Shown: positions 46,060 through 56,070 of the stretch, piece after piece
How positions within the stretch are numbered: position 1 is the first letter of the stretch
How the letters are laid out: the number at the start of each line of letters is the position of its first letter
Source of the DNA: a virus
Lineage: Duplodnaviria > Caudoviricetes
Direction: 5' to 3' (one strand)
Length of the DNA: 64,000 nt
IMG/VR virus record: IMGVR_UViG_3300037171_000150
Location: 1,612 to 65,611 of that record
Position numbers and translations under genes: made by a program
Notes under the pieces: generated by a model
What the model saw: only the letters and a program-made list of their open reading frames with translations
The model's database searches: none
Told to the model about the DNA's origin: nothing

Positions 46060-47286
46060 TTACATTCCGCCGTTCAGGAAGTCGAGGAACCAGTAGCATG
46101 AACTCAGATCGGTTCCAGGAGAAACCTGCGGTGTGGTTGTCGGGTTTCCAGTAACAAGCAGGGCAGAGACTCCAGCATCAGCCCCGGTCGAATAGCCGCC
46201 GTTCTGACCGTTCATCTTGAATAACGCGTTGGTTAGGCCGGTTGCGATTACAGCGCTCACGGTGCCGTTTGACTTGGCGCCGTTGGTCAAACCCTGCGTG
46301 ACAACAATGTTGCCGGGGACGTAGTTATTAGCCGCGGTGAGGGTGATGACGCCAGCCGTGGCAGCCGAAGACGCCGTTGCGAGAGAGTTGCTGATGGTTG
46401 ACCACGCTGCGCTCGTAACCAGCGCATTGCCCGCCGTCACGAGTTGCCAGACGTTGCCGGTATCAGCCGCAGTCGTGAAGGTGTTTCCAGTTCCATTCCA
46501 GTTCGCGGTGAACTGCGTCGAGGAGGAGGATGCAACCTGGGCGATGACTCCGTTCGCCTTCGCGCCGTTGGTCAGGTTGTCAATGTAGACGAAACTTCCA
46601 ACCGGGGGATTGAGGCTGGAAGTCATCGTCAACAAGCCGGCTGTAGCCAGAGAGTTGGTGATGGTCGCCGTCGCACCGAGTTGAAGCAGGTTCCCCAGTC
46701 CAGCTTGGACAACCTGGAAGGTGCCCGTGGTATCCGCGCCTGAAGTCACTGCGGCTGCTGTCCCAAGATTGAACGTGAATGCCGCCGTGGTCGCCGAAGC
46801 AACACGAACGATCGTCCCGTTCAAGGCTCCGAGTTGCGTGAAGGATTGCAGATAGACGAACTGATTCGCCTTCAAGGTATTACCCACAGTGACCGTGCCA
46901 ACGTTTGCCACCACCGCACTCAAAGTCGAGGCTGCCGATGCCGTACCGAGGCCGAGCGGCACACCGGCGGGAGCGCCACCGGCCAAGCCAACGATCATCG
47001 TCACGGACTGAGCGGGAGCGGGTGTCGCACCAAACGAACTGGCCGGGAAGATGAACTGTGGCATGAACGCAGATCCGGCGGCATTACTCCCTTGAGTGTC
47101 CACGGCATAGCAAAACTCCGCACCAAAGTTTCCGATGACAGTCGTGCTGGTTGTCAGGGCTCCTGGAATAACGTAGCCTCCAGACGGATAATCCGAAGCG
47201 GCGGGCTGCGCCTGAAAAACCGTGTTTACCTGAGAAACGCCGACATTCTGCGTGCTGTCAGGAACTTTTGTAATCGTCAAAGCCAT
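46060..47286 (-). CDS. Virion decoration/fibre protein with tandem ~95-aa beta repeats
   Basis: Repeats 'ISNSLATA...LTNGAKxNG...T.ADxG'; AAGGAG RBS. Confidence 0.65.
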   Translation of the reverse strand: MALTITKVPDSTQNVGVSQVNTVFQAQPAASDYPSGGYVIPGALTTSTTVIGNFGAEFCYAVDTQGSNAAGSAFMPQFIFPASSFGATPAPAQSVTMIVGLAGGAPAGVPLGLGTASAASTLSAVVANVGTVTVGNTLKANQFVYLQSFTQLGALNGTIVRVASATTAAFTFNLGTAAAVTSGADTTGTFQVVQAGLGNLLQLGATATITNSLATAGLLTMTSSLNPPVGSFVYIDNLTNGAKANGVIAQVASSSSTQFTANWNGTGNTFTTAADTGNVWQLVTAGNALVTSAAWSTISNSLATASSAATAGVITLTAANNYVPGNIVVTQGLTNGAKSNGTVSAVIATGLTNALFKMNGQNGGYSTGADAGVSALLVTGNPTTTPQVSPGTDLSSCYWFLDFLNGGM

Positions 47287-47340
47287 GACTGTTACTCCTT
47301 AGGTTCAACCCGCGCACCACTTCGATGCGCGGGCTTCCAT

Positions 47341-47994
47341 TTAGAAAGTGGGATCGCAGTTGATCCAGATGTCGGAAGTGACAGCGGTGGAGACTGCAGT
47401 CAATGCAATGGCGTTGCGCGAGCTGAGCGGAGCCGAACCCGAAGCCGTGCGGGTTACAACGAAGTTCCCCGTCGCGCCGATCAGCGCATCGCCGATGGCA
47501 GTCAAGGCCACAACCGCGGCGCCCGAAAGGAATCCCTTGGTGGCGATGAAGATGAAGTTGCCATTGATGATCGTGTTCAACTGCGCGCCAGTCTTCGACC
47601 CCGGATAGCTGGTCGTATTCGGCAGAGCCCATCCCGCGAGGGAGTTCAGGTTGCCGCCCAGACCTTCCGACATCGTGCCGCTGACGGTCGTGTAGGTCTC
47701 ATCCGTCCAGTAGACTGGGGCCGGATAGGCCAACCAGGCCGCACCGGTGGTCGAGACATAGCGCACATAGCGCACGATCAGCGGAGCGCCGTACCCGTTG
47801 CCGCCGTACAGCATCGACGGACCCTCGGATGCGCCCGGCGAAAGCAGATACGCCGCGCCGATGGGATTCTGCGCACCATTCGGCCAGCTTGGCGAGTTGA
47901 CCGGAGGCTGAGTCGTGATCGTCGACGCATATGTGTCGATCGCGGTGTACAGGTTGCCAGTTGTGATGATCGGAAATTCTGTTCCGAGAGCCAT
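47341..47994 (-). CDS. Capsid decoration/cement protein
   Basis: Directly after the MCP; 'VRYVRY', 'GNFIFIATKG'. Confidence 0.6.
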   Translation of the reverse strand: MALGTEFPIITTGNLYTAIDTYASTITTQPPVNSPSWPNGAQNPIGAAYLLSPGASEGPSMLYGGNGYGAPLIVRYVRYVSTTGAAWLAYPAPVYWTDETYTTVSGTMSEGLGGNLNSLAGWALPNTTSYPGSKTGAQLNTIINGNFIFIATKGFLSGAAVVALTAIGDALIGATGNFVVTRTASGSAPLSSRNAIALTAVSTAVTSDIWINCDPTF

Positions 47995-48069
47995 GTGAAG
48001 CCTCCAGCGCCGTTGCGCCATTGCAAAATTCTTGTGGGCGGGAATCACCCCGCCCCGTTCAAACCACTA

Positions 48070-49044
48070 CTAGCCCGTCACCCCGGACAAAATGAAGCCC
48101 AGCCGCGGCGCGCTGACCACAATGTTGCCGCCGAAGCAGAGCTGGCCGGCAGAATCAACCGAGTTCGGCAGTTCCTTGAAGCCGGTGAATCCGAAGCCGA
48201 ACAACTCGTGATCCGAGATGTGGACGTTCATGAAGTCGGTGTTCATGCCGAAGACGTAGCCGCTGGGCACATACTGGTCGACCACGAGCCGCTGGTTGTT
48301 GAACCGGATGGCCGTGAAGCCGATATTCTGCGCCTGGTCGACCATGATGTTGTCGTTGACGCGCTGCGCCGGGACCATTTTGTTGTAGAGCTGGTTGTAG
48401 ATCGACTGCGTGGTCGCGATCAGGTTCGGCTGGCGATTGCCAAAGGTGCCCTGGCCGTAGGCCTTCTGCAGCGCGGTGATCGACAGCGGCCCACCGACAT
48501 TCTGGTAGTAGCCGTTGATGCCGGTCGAGGCGCCCGAGCCGGTGGCCGCGCGCGGCAAGCCGCCGTAGGTCGGATAGTTGGTGCCGTCATCGTACCCGGC
48601 GAGCAGGCCGTCCAGCGCAATCTGCGAGGACACGGTTCCCTGGCCGTCGTTGTAGATGTCGATCGCCAACGCCTGAGCCAGCGCCTGCGAGCCGTTGATC
48701 ATCTTCTCTTCGACGAAGCTCATCACCGCATTGTTGCCCATGTTGATCGGCAACTGCGTGCCTTGAATGGTCACGTTTGCGTAGTAGAACTTCACCGCGA
48801 AGGTCATCGCCGTGTCCGTTTGGACATAGGAGATGTCGAAGGTGGAGCCTGGGGCAAATGGACCAGCCTTCAGCGGCGCATACTGGATGGGCTGCTGAAT
48901 GTAGAGGCCACCCGGAAAGGGCTTGACTGTATCACCCTTGAAGATTTGAACGAAAACTGGAGATACCTTGTAATACTCGTCCACGATCTCGGGGACAATC
49001 TCCTGCTTCGTTACTGCGCTGATGTCATTGATGTTAAGCGCCAT
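48070..49044 (-). CDS. Major capsid protein
   Basis: About 324 aa, HK97-like pattern ('IVDEYYKVSP', 'IYNDG', 'TYGGL.R', 'GFTAIRF'); follows the scaffold gene. Confidence 0.88.
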   Translation of the reverse strand: MALNINDISAVTKQEIVPEIVDEYYKVSPVFVQIFKGDTVKPFPGGLYIQQPIQYAPLKAGPFAPGSTFDISYVQTDTAMTFAVKFYYANVTIQGTQLPINMGNNAVMSFVEEKMINGSQALAQALAIDIYNDGQGTVSSQIALDGLLAGYDDGTNYPTYGGLPRAATGSGASTGINGYYQNVGGPLSITALQKAYGQGTFGNRQPNLIATTQSIYNQLYNKMVPAQRVNDNIMVDQAQNIGFTAIRFNNQRLVVDQYVPSGYVFGMNTDFMNVHISDHELFGFGFTGFKELPNSVDSAGQLCFGGNIVVSAPRLGFILSGVTG

Positions 49045-49076
49045 CACTGGCCTCCGTGGTTAAAGTTTGTTGAGTC

Positions 49077-49793
49077 CTAGCTCGCCATTTCAACCTGGCG
49101 AGCCTGAAGCCTGTCGAGTGCCGCGGCCGCGCGCCCCGCACCGGTCGCTGGAGCACCATCCGCGCCGGTCTTGCCGCGGTTGATGAACATTCGGATATTG
49201 CTGTTTGTCGCTGGCGGCGGAGTGGTTCCCGGTACGCCTGCGGATCCAGACCTTGCCTTCACGCGCTTCTCGACTTCTGTTTCGATGGTGCGCTCTGTCA
49301 CGACCGGAGCCACGTAGTCGTTGTATGCATCGGTGATCGAACGATACCCGCGCGCCTTGGTTTCCGGCTTCTCCAGAAACGCATTGAAGTCGGCGGAGTC
49401 GAACGGCTTGCCAACCTCGCGCTCATGGCGGCCGTAGATGCGGTTCAACTCGTCGGCCCGCTGAATCGAAATCTTCACGGCGTTGTTGACCAACTCGTCG
49501 CCGCGCGTTTTCACCACATCGGCAATCCGAGCGTCAACGGTCTCGTTGATCTTGCCGAGTTTTGCGTCGAGCATCCGATCGATCGCACTCAAATCGAACT
49601 GCCCAGCGGCGGGCGGCGGTGTGCTACGCGCCGGAGGCGGATCGACCACTTCGGCCACTGGCGGCTCATCGCCGTCGTAGTAACTGACCAACTCTTCGCC
49701 ACGGGCAAGGCGGGTCGCCACCGCGCTGTTGCCCTGAATCTTCGCGAATTCTGCCGGGCTCAAAAGCCCTTTCAAATCGTCGAGCAATGCCAT
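49077..49793 (-). CDS. Capsid scaffolding protein
   Basis: Helical with Pro/Gly-rich tail, directly upstream of the MCP. Confidence 0.65.
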   Translation of the reverse strand: MALLDDLKGLLSPAEFAKIQGNSAVATRLARGEELVSYYDGDEPPVAEVVDPPPARSTPPPAAGQFDLSAIDRMLDAKLGKINETVDARIADVVKTRGDELVNNAVKISIQRADELNRIYGRHEREVGKPFDSADFNAFLEKPETKARGYRSITDAYNDYVAPVVTERTIETEVEKRVKARSGSAGVPGTTPPPATNSNIRMFINRGKTGADGAPATGAGRAAAALDRLQARQVEMAS

Positions 49794-49810
49794 ACACTAC
49801 TCCCTTCGCA

Positions 49811-50182
49811 CTAAGCTGCGTGCGACTCGTCTGTTTGGGATGGTGGAGGTGATGGAGGCCCGCCAGCCGGCGGCTCCGGTGGTGCTTCTGCCGGCTTATC
49901 GTCGCCGGAATCCAAGTCTTTCGGATCTTTCTTCAAACCCTGGACAACCAGAACTTTGATGTCTTCCTTGATCTTGTCGATGCCAGGCTTCAGTTCCTTT
50001 TTGAGCTTCGACATCTTGCTCAGGACACGGTACACGCCCGTCAACCCCTTCATTAACTCCTCGTCCGCATCCGGTTCGCCGCCGGGCTTCTTTTGGGGAG
50101 GTCCACCCGCCGCAGCATCCCCGCCCGCAGGCAGGTTGTCGTAGAAATTCGGAGGGGCGGCTGTGGGGGCTGGCATTGGCAT
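49811..50182 (-). CDS. Pro-rich hypothetical head-module protein
   Basis: ORF with central helical hairpin. Confidence 0.6.
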   Translation of the reverse strand: MPMPAPTAAPPNFYDNLPAGGDAAAGGPPQKKPGGEPDADEELMKGLTGVYRVLSKMSKLKKELKPGIDKIKEDIKVLVVQGLKKDPKDLDSGDDKPAEAPPEPPAGGPPSPPPSQTDESHAA

Positions 50183-50185
50183 GGC

Positions 50186-50371
50186 TTAGTTACTCTTTCC
50201 GCGACCGTTTACCGGGTTGCCGGTTTTGACATTGACACTGTAGCCGCGCGACGAAATCGGTTCGCCGTCGTGGATCATGTGGCCGAAGAGCGCGATCTTG
50301 CCGCCGGTCATCTTGGGGGCCGTCACGGTCGGGCCAAAGGTCTCTTCGCTGACGCGATCATTCTTTGCCAT
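50186..50371 (-). CDS. Small hypothetical head-module protein
   Basis: AGGAG RBS before ATG 50371. Confidence 0.6.
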   Translation of the reverse strand: MAKNDRVSEETFGPTVTAPKMTGGKIALFGHMIHDGEPISSRGYSVNVKTGNPVNGRGKSN

Positions 50372-50449
50372 GGGAATTACTCCTGGGTAGTGGGGGCCGG
50401 CGCACCGGCCCCAGTTCACTGTTGTGGTTGGTGCTTGACTACGCGAGAA

Positions 50450-50521
50450 CTACTTCTCGCGCTTGGAGCCGCGATGAGTCTTCCGCGACTTGTGACCGCG
50501 CTTGTGACCTTTGCGAGCCAT
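50450..50521 (-). CDS. Protamine-like peptide (23 aa)
   Basis: MARKGHKRGHKSRKTHRGSKREK with a perfect AAGGAGG RBS 6 nt upstream. Confidence 0.7.
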   Translation of the reverse strand: MARKGHKRGHKSRKTHRGSKREK

Positions 50522-50671
50522 AGGCGTCCTCCTTCTTTGGAGCGGTTTTTTAACGTGGCCTTCACCACGGTCAAGCAAGATGTTGCCATCAAGCCTTCGA
50601 TGCCAATATCGCACCACCGAGGAGGTTCCAGTCCCGCCTTGCGTCGCGAATTTTGATGGAAAATTACAGAT

Positions 50672-50701
50672 TTGCAACAATGCGCTACAATGCGCTACTA
50701 T
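50672..50701 (+). promoter_or_regulatory. Promoter TTGCAA-N18-TACTAT containing the direct repeat CAATGCGCTA x2
   Basis: ATG follows 6 nt after the -10. Confidence 0.65.
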
Positions 50702-50707
50702 TCGTGC

Positions 50708-50881
50708 ATGGGAAACTTTTACCTCTCACCCACGCAGGTTGCATCCAAACTCCACGTTGGGGTCGAATCGATTCGCCGCTATTTGAGATCAGGTGAATTG
50801 GTTGGGGTTCATGTCAGCCGAAAATGCTGGCGCATCTCCGATGACGACCTGAATGAGTTTTTAAAGAAACGGAAGAGTTAG
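50708..50881 (+). CDS. Excisionase-like (HTH_17/MerR-type) DNA-binding protein
   Basis: 'YLSPTQVASKLHVGVESIRRYLRSGEL...WRISDDDLNEFL'. Confidence 0.85.
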   Translation: MGNFYLSPTQVASKLHVGVESIRRYLRSGELVGVHVSRKCWRISDDDLNEFLKKRKS

Positions 50882-50883
50882 CT

Positions 50884-52674
50884 CTACTTCTTCCCGTGTG
50901 GATGCTGCATCGCGCCCGCCGCGCCGGCCATCGCAATCTTCTCCGCGGCCTCTTCTTTGAGCTCGGCTTCGATCTTCTCCGCGTCAGCTTTTGGTACGCC
51001 CAGTTTGCGATAGAGGCCTTTGCGAGACAAGTCTCCAAGTTTGCGCATAACGAACGCCACCTGCACCTCGTCCTGTTTTTCGATGGCTAGCAGACTTCCT
51101 TTGCGAATCGAGAAGGTCGCCTGGCGGACGAACTCTTCCGGCTCCATTCCCTTTTCCAGCCACTGCCCGTAGAGCGGCTCGAAGTCCGCATCCGTCAAGC
51201 CCTTGACGCCAAATTTCTTGATGCGGCTCTTGGATGTCTCGAACTGCATTTTGTTAGCTGTGACCATCGTGCCGACATCGGTGAGAAAACTGTGAAGGCC
51301 GCGGCCCATGAAGCGAATCGGAATGGACCGGGAGTTCATGATCATCTCCAGCGAGTCGCCACCCGGCACCTGCTTCTTCTGCGCCGCCTGGTTGATGGCC
51401 GCCGCGCCCGAGGTCATGTCCTGCTCTTTTTCCACATCCTGCTTCATTTGGAGGACGTAGGCCGGCAACTCAGGCGGCTTCGGGAACTCAGGAGACTTCG
51501 GCGCATTGTTGTTGTACATGATCTTGCCGCCGGGCGCGCCGGGATCCATCGAATCCCAAACTGACTGCGCAAACGCCGCCTTCGGCGCCACCATGCGCGG
51601 CTCGATCGCCGCCCGGATCATATCCATGATTCCGCCGTTGATCCGGTTCACAATGTCGCTCATCATGGCAATCGGTTCGAGTGGCGAGCAGCCGTTCGGA
51701 GACCAGGGAACCCGAATCAGCCGGAGTTTGGCGAAAGGGTACATCGCGTGCCAGTAGGGGTTCGGACCATCCTGCAGGAGCTTGCCGCCGGCCGCGATAA
51801 CAAACCTGCCGCGGGGATACCAGAGGCAACCAGGTTCAACCATGTACGACCAGTTGTAATTGGCATCGCCGACCCGCTTTGTCTCGCCGGTTTCGTTTTT
51901 TGCCCCATCTTTGAACCAAAATTGCTTGAGCATGGCCTTGGGATAGCGCGACCGCTTCCCGTCCGCCTGCTTTTTGCCGAGCAACTTTTTGAGCGCCGGG
52001 TTCAGCCGGACCCACGAGGCTTCGGACATCTTGCCGGGCCTGGACATATCCCCGGTTGGCTCATTGCCTTCGAGATCTGGGTGTACATCGTTAGCCAGGT
52101 CTCCGTAGGCGCGCTTCAGGGTTTCGATGGTCACAGGCCAGCGCGCGATAACGCATTCGTCGTCCTGAATCCGGCTGCCCGCGCCAATCGTCATCACGTT
52201 GAGCGGCCCAAGCGGCATGAACTCGCAATCGCCCATTCCGTTGTTGAGCGCGGAGTTCCACTGGATTTTAGCGTAGCCCGTGTGGAGAAGTGCCCACATC
52301 ACAGCCTGGGTTAGCTCCGCCTCGAAGTCGGTGAATCGCGCCCACATCCCGGTCATCTCGTTGAGCAGGTCTTGAAGTTTAGTAAACTCCTCGTCCTCGT
52401 TAGCGAATTTGACTTGGAAGTCGGGTTCGATGTCGGTGAGCAAGCCGGCCATCTCGACAAACTGCCGGAAGAGGCGGTTGACTGTGGGGCGGGAGCGGCC
52501 AAACCGGGACTTCGCGTTCCACTGCTGGCCGGAGATGTAGTCGATGAGCCGGGAGGTCAGACGGATCTCGCGGGAGTCCGCAAGTTCGCGCTCGCCTTCT
52601 TCGTAAACGGCATCTGCCCAAGCGAGAACATCCCGCTCCAGCGCCTTTTCCGGTCTCTCTTTGAAGTCAGCCAT
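50884..52674 (-). CDS. Portal protein (podovirus/P22-like)
   Basis: About 596 aa between terminase and scaffold; 'GQQW...RPTVN', 'GPNPY...YPF'. Confidence 0.85.
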   Translation of the reverse strand: MADFKERPEKALERDVLAWADAVYEEGERELADSREIRLTSRLIDYISGQQWNAKSRFGRSRPTVNRLFRQFVEMAGLLTDIEPDFQVKFANEDEEFTKLQDLLNEMTGMWARFTDFEAELTQAVMWALLHTGYAKIQWNSALNNGMGDCEFMPLGPLNVMTIGAGSRIQDDECVIARWPVTIETLKRAYGDLANDVHPDLEGNEPTGDMSRPGKMSEASWVRLNPALKKLLGKKQADGKRSRYPKAMLKQFWFKDGAKNETGETKRVGDANYNWSYMVEPGCLWYPRGRFVIAAGGKLLQDGPNPYWHAMYPFAKLRLIRVPWSPNGCSPLEPIAMMSDIVNRINGGIMDMIRAAIEPRMVAPKAAFAQSVWDSMDPGAPGGKIMYNNNAPKSPEFPKPPELPAYVLQMKQDVEKEQDMTSGAAAINQAAQKKQVPGGDSLEMIMNSRSIPIRFMGRGLHSFLTDVGTMVTANKMQFETSKSRIKKFGVKGLTDADFEPLYGQWLEKGMEPEEFVRQATFSIRKGSLLAIEKQDEVQVAFVMRKLGDLSRKGLYRKLGVPKADAEKIEAELKEEAAEKIAMAGAAGAMQHPHGKK

Positions 52675-52739
52675 CGCGGAAAGTTTACCTGATGCCAAGG
52701 GTTTCGATGAGAACTTGCGGGGATATTTTCCTGGGGTGG

Positions 52740-53228
52740 TTATTCAGTGTGTGCCAGAGCCCCGGCGATGCGCGTCTCCCACTTGATGACCTCGGCGGTC
52801 AGATTCTCCACCTGGCCGGATAGATCGGCGTTCAATTTGGCCGCAGCCACCATCTCGGCGCCGTTCTTCACGCCCAACTTTCGCAGTTCGGCCGCCTGCG
52901 CGCCGTCGATCAGAACCGGCTCGCCAGCCATGCAGCACCGGATGAGCGAGGCTATTGTCGGATGGAAGCGCTCGCCCAGCGCCTCTTTCGCTCTCATCAA
53001 CACTTCCTGGTTCACCCATACCTCGGCTTTCACGTCGCCGGCTCCCGCCGCAAACCGAACCTCGGTTTTCATCATGTCCGGCTTCATCGCCCAAAACTGC
53101 GCGTGGCTGAGCCGGTGGCCCATCAAGCAAAAGCAATCCCTGTTATCCCGCATCGCCTGGACTGCAGGGCTTCCATTGTTGCGGCACATCGGGCAGTACG
53201 CCCCGGTCACATTGTCGCCTGTCAGCAT
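52740..53228 (-). CDS. Hypothetical protein with N-terminal zinc ribbon and C-terminal coiled coil
   Basis: CPMC...CLMGH; GGAG RBS. Confidence 0.6.
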   Translation of the reverse strand: MLTGDNVTGAYCPMCRNNGSPAVQAMRDNRDCFCLMGHRLSHAQFWAMKPDMMKTEVRFAAGAGDVKAEVWVNQEVLMRAKEALGERFHPTIASLIRCCMAGEPVLIDGAQAAELRKLGVKNGAEMVAAAKLNADLSGQVENLTAEVIKWETRIAGALAHTE

Positions 53229-53237
53229 TCTCGTCTC

Positions 53238-55370
53238 CTACCACTCATCGCCGAAGTCTTCCAATCCCCGCCCTGGCCCGGCGTTGGCCATAGCGCTCTT
53301 GTAAGCCCACACCAGATCCGGAGTGATGTCCGTCGTGGCGAGGCCGTGCTTCGAGTGTAAATCAAATTCAGCGCCCATGGTGTCGAAGATTGGCGAGTAG
53401 AGTGTATTCGCGTTGCAAACCAGAATTGGCTTCACCTGCCAGCCAGCCTTGCCTTTGATCATCGTGTCGGCTTCCGCCTGGGTGTTGTACTGCCCGCGCT
53501 GGCGCATGATGTTGTCGTAGACGCCGTAGATGTGAAGTTCGCCGCTCTGCCGGACGTGCTCGGTCGCCGCGCTGGTCTTCAAGTGCTTCGTCGTCTCGCG
53601 CAAGCAATAGAGGCCGATCATTGCCGTCATCACGCCATCATCTTCATTTCCCTGCCCTTGAGATTTCCCGCCGTTCTCTAGCGCCGCAAAATCTACCATC
53701 TCGTCGAGCAGGTCGGCATCTCGGATAACAACTGTCCGGTCGAGCAGTGCCTCGTTCATGGTTCCGATGATCTCGTCGCGAGTCTTTGATGTGGTCAGCC
53801 AATGCAGGTAATTGCTCGCTTGATGCGTCAGCCGGTCTTTGAATTGCGGGCGGTAAAGGTTTGGGTAATCCATGTCGCGCAACTCGTTGCCGGTTGTGAT
53901 GCCGTCCTTCATGTACTCGTTGGCTACTTCGGCACCATTGTAGAAGAGGCCGATTGCCGCAACGACGTGCGCGAATTTCTTCGGAGGTATCCAGCCCCAC
54001 CAGGTCGCAACTTGTGTATCTGGCTCTATGCCTTGCCCGGCACGAAAAACATTCGCAACCGAGAAGTCTCCGCCGTTTCCAAGCGCAACGTCATCGGACA
54101 CATAGTAAGTTGCCCCCTGCTCCGGCATCTCCCAGATGTGCATTCTCTTCCCGCCACGTCCCGACTTACGTCTTGGGAGAATCTCATCATCCGCAACTGG
54201 CATGATGTCGTCAGTGTTGAATCGCGGCGGCTCCATCGAAACCAGACTAATCTCTCCGGCATAGAGCGGCTTGCAAACCTTGTTGATTTCCTGCCATTCA
54301 AGAGAGTCGCGATCAAACGCGCAGAGGCCTGATGATTGAAACGCTTCATTGGGTGTGAGGGGATACGACTCAAGGAATCCAGCTTTGGTCCCTGAGCGCT
54401 TCGCCGCGCGCAGACGAACACGCCGGAAGTTCCAGAAAGTATCTGGTATCTCGAAGTGCTCTTCTTTTTTAATGCGCTTATTGAATGTCGTCTCTTCTTC
54501 GGATAAATCAAACGCTCCCTTGATCGGCAGATAGTATTTCTTTACCTTATAGACTGGAATCCAGACCGGGCGCATATCGCCGTCTCCATCAACCGCCGAA
54601 CTCCATTGGTCATAAAACAATCCTTGACGCCCATATCCAGTTGACTCGAAGACCTGGAAGGTGTCGAGCGCGTTCATTGACGGCTTCACGTCGCCTTCGT
54701 AAATCTCATCGTTAGGCCAACGACTTACCTCTGAAGCATGGAGACATCTGATAGTGCGGCCGATGGCCACTCCTGAAGTTTGTGTCGCTGGAGATACTTG
54801 CAAGGCGGAGCCAAGCCCAGGGTCTACCATGCGCTCTTTCTCGTCGGCGCGCTGAAACTCAATGGCCCCTTTCTTCGTCTTGTACATATACTCAGGCCTC
54901 AGCCACCATGGAAGATTCGCATAGGCATTCAAGCTGAGTTTGTAGATATGCTCTGATGTTACCTCGTTCTGCGCGATAATCATTGTGAAGCAATGCGGAG
55001 TGAAGATGGTTCGATGGAACATAGCCGCCGCCGTCCAGACCGAGATACCTGTTTGCCGCGGCTTGAGAACGATAATCTTACAATAACCGTTCGCCGCCCA
55101 CTCCTCGCACATCGCCTGATAGACAATCTCTTGATGGTCCCAGAATGGATAAAGGGATTTTAGAACACCTTGCTCGGTCGTGATGAAGTGGTAGTTCTCA
55201 AGATAGTAGCGGAGGTCAAGCGCTTTTTGAACTTCGTTCTCTATGAATACAAGACCGTCTTTGGGAAGTTCCGCCCAGGCGCGAGTAATATCCTGATCGC
55301 AGCGGATATAGTGGTCCTGCAAAACATCGATAGCGTCGTTGAGTGAGGAGTCTTTACGTGGTACTCTCAT
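53238..55370 (-). CDS. terL: Terminase large subunit
   Basis: Walker A KPRQTGIS, Walker B LHASE, ESTGYG, nuclease 'DVALGNGGDFS' and 'DDGVM'. Confidence 0.93.
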   Translation of the reverse strand: MRVPRKDSSLNDAIDVLQDHYIRCDQDITRAWAELPKDGLVFIENEVQKALDLRYYLENYHFITTEQGVLKSLYPFWDHQEIVYQAMCEEWAANGYCKIIVLKPRQTGISVWTAAAMFHRTIFTPHCFTMIIAQNEVTSEHIYKLSLNAYANLPWWLRPEYMYKTKKGAIEFQRADEKERMVDPGLGSALQVSPATQTSGVAIGRTIRCLHASEVSRWPNDEIYEGDVKPSMNALDTFQVFESTGYGRQGLFYDQWSSAVDGDGDMRPVWIPVYKVKKYYLPIKGAFDLSEEETTFNKRIKKEEHFEIPDTFWNFRRVRLRAAKRSGTKAGFLESYPLTPNEAFQSSGLCAFDRDSLEWQEINKVCKPLYAGEISLVSMEPPRFNTDDIMPVADDEILPRRKSGRGGKRMHIWEMPEQGATYYVSDDVALGNGGDFSVANVFRAGQGIEPDTQVATWWGWIPPKKFAHVVAAIGLFYNGAEVANEYMKDGITTGNELRDMDYPNLYRPQFKDRLTHQASNYLHWLTTSKTRDEIIGTMNEALLDRTVVIRDADLLDEMVDFAALENGGKSQGQGNEDDGVMTAMIGLYCLRETTKHLKTSAATEHVRQSGELHIYGVYDNIMRQRGQYNTQAEADTMIKGKAGWQVKPILVCNANTLYSPIFDTMGAEFDLHSKHGLATTDITPDLVWAYKSAMANAGPGRGLEDFGDEW

Positions 55371-56067
55371 CCTCAACCTCTTCCTCGTCTTCGCCTTCGT
55401 CTCCGCCAAAATCTTTGAATTCGTCGGCGATCTCATCTTCGGCGCTGACTACCTCGGCCTCTTCGATCTCCTGTTCGTTCGCCAGGCCGATCTGTTCGCG
55501 CTTCTTGCGAAGGATCTGCTCGAAGCTCATGCCGGGACCGAAGCCGTCTCCGGCAATACCTCCGGCATTGAATTGTTGATTCAACTGCAAAGCCGGAGTC
55601 TTCGGCTGGACCGTCTCCATCATGCCGCGGACTTGCTCAACAGTTTTCAGGCGCATCGCGGTGTCGGGATGGGTTTTCACTTTCCCGGTTTCCTTGTCCA
55701 CGAAGATGACCTTCTCAGCTTTCATGCCGTCTTTGAAAACAGTGCTTACACCTTCAAGCTGGTCCATCAGCACCTGGACAGCCTTGACGTTGAGCACGGA
55801 GAGTTGGTTGCGGAAGGTCCATTCCTTGATGCGGTCAATCGACGCCTTGACGGTGAGCGGATTGACGCCCTCCTCGGCCGCCAACTGCGCTTCGGTTTTT
55901 TGAAGGCCTTCGATCTGGAACCAGCGCCGGAGATCTGCCTCGGTGGGACTCGCCAAGTTCCGATAGCGGTTCACGCGGCTCTTGCTGCGCACGGCCAGCG
56001 CCGAACCTGGCGGCGGCACAGGAGCTTTGGGTGGCCTGTCTTGCTTTATTTTTGCCGCTGCGGGCAT
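55354..56067 (-). CDS. Putative terminase small subunit
   Basis: HTH-like 'EAQLAAEEGVNPLTVK'; overlaps the terL start. Confidence 0.6.
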   Translation of the reverse strand: MPAAAKIKQDRPPKAPVPPPGSALAVRSKSRVNRYRNLASPTEADLRRWFQIEGLQKTEAQLAAEEGVNPLTVKASIDRIKEWTFRNQLSVLNVKAVQVLMDQLEGVSTVFKDGMKAEKVIFVDKETGKVKTHPDTAMRLKTVEQVRGMMETVQPKTPALQLNQQFNAGGIAGDGFGPGMSFEQILRKKREQIGLANEQEIEEAEVVSAEDEIADEFKDFGGDEGEDEEEVEDESTT

Positions 56068-56070
56068 GGA

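Noticed and set aside
46834-49080. 748-aa + strand ORF
   Set aside because: Antisense shadow of the GC3-rich capsid and decoration genes; Arg-rich with no motifs
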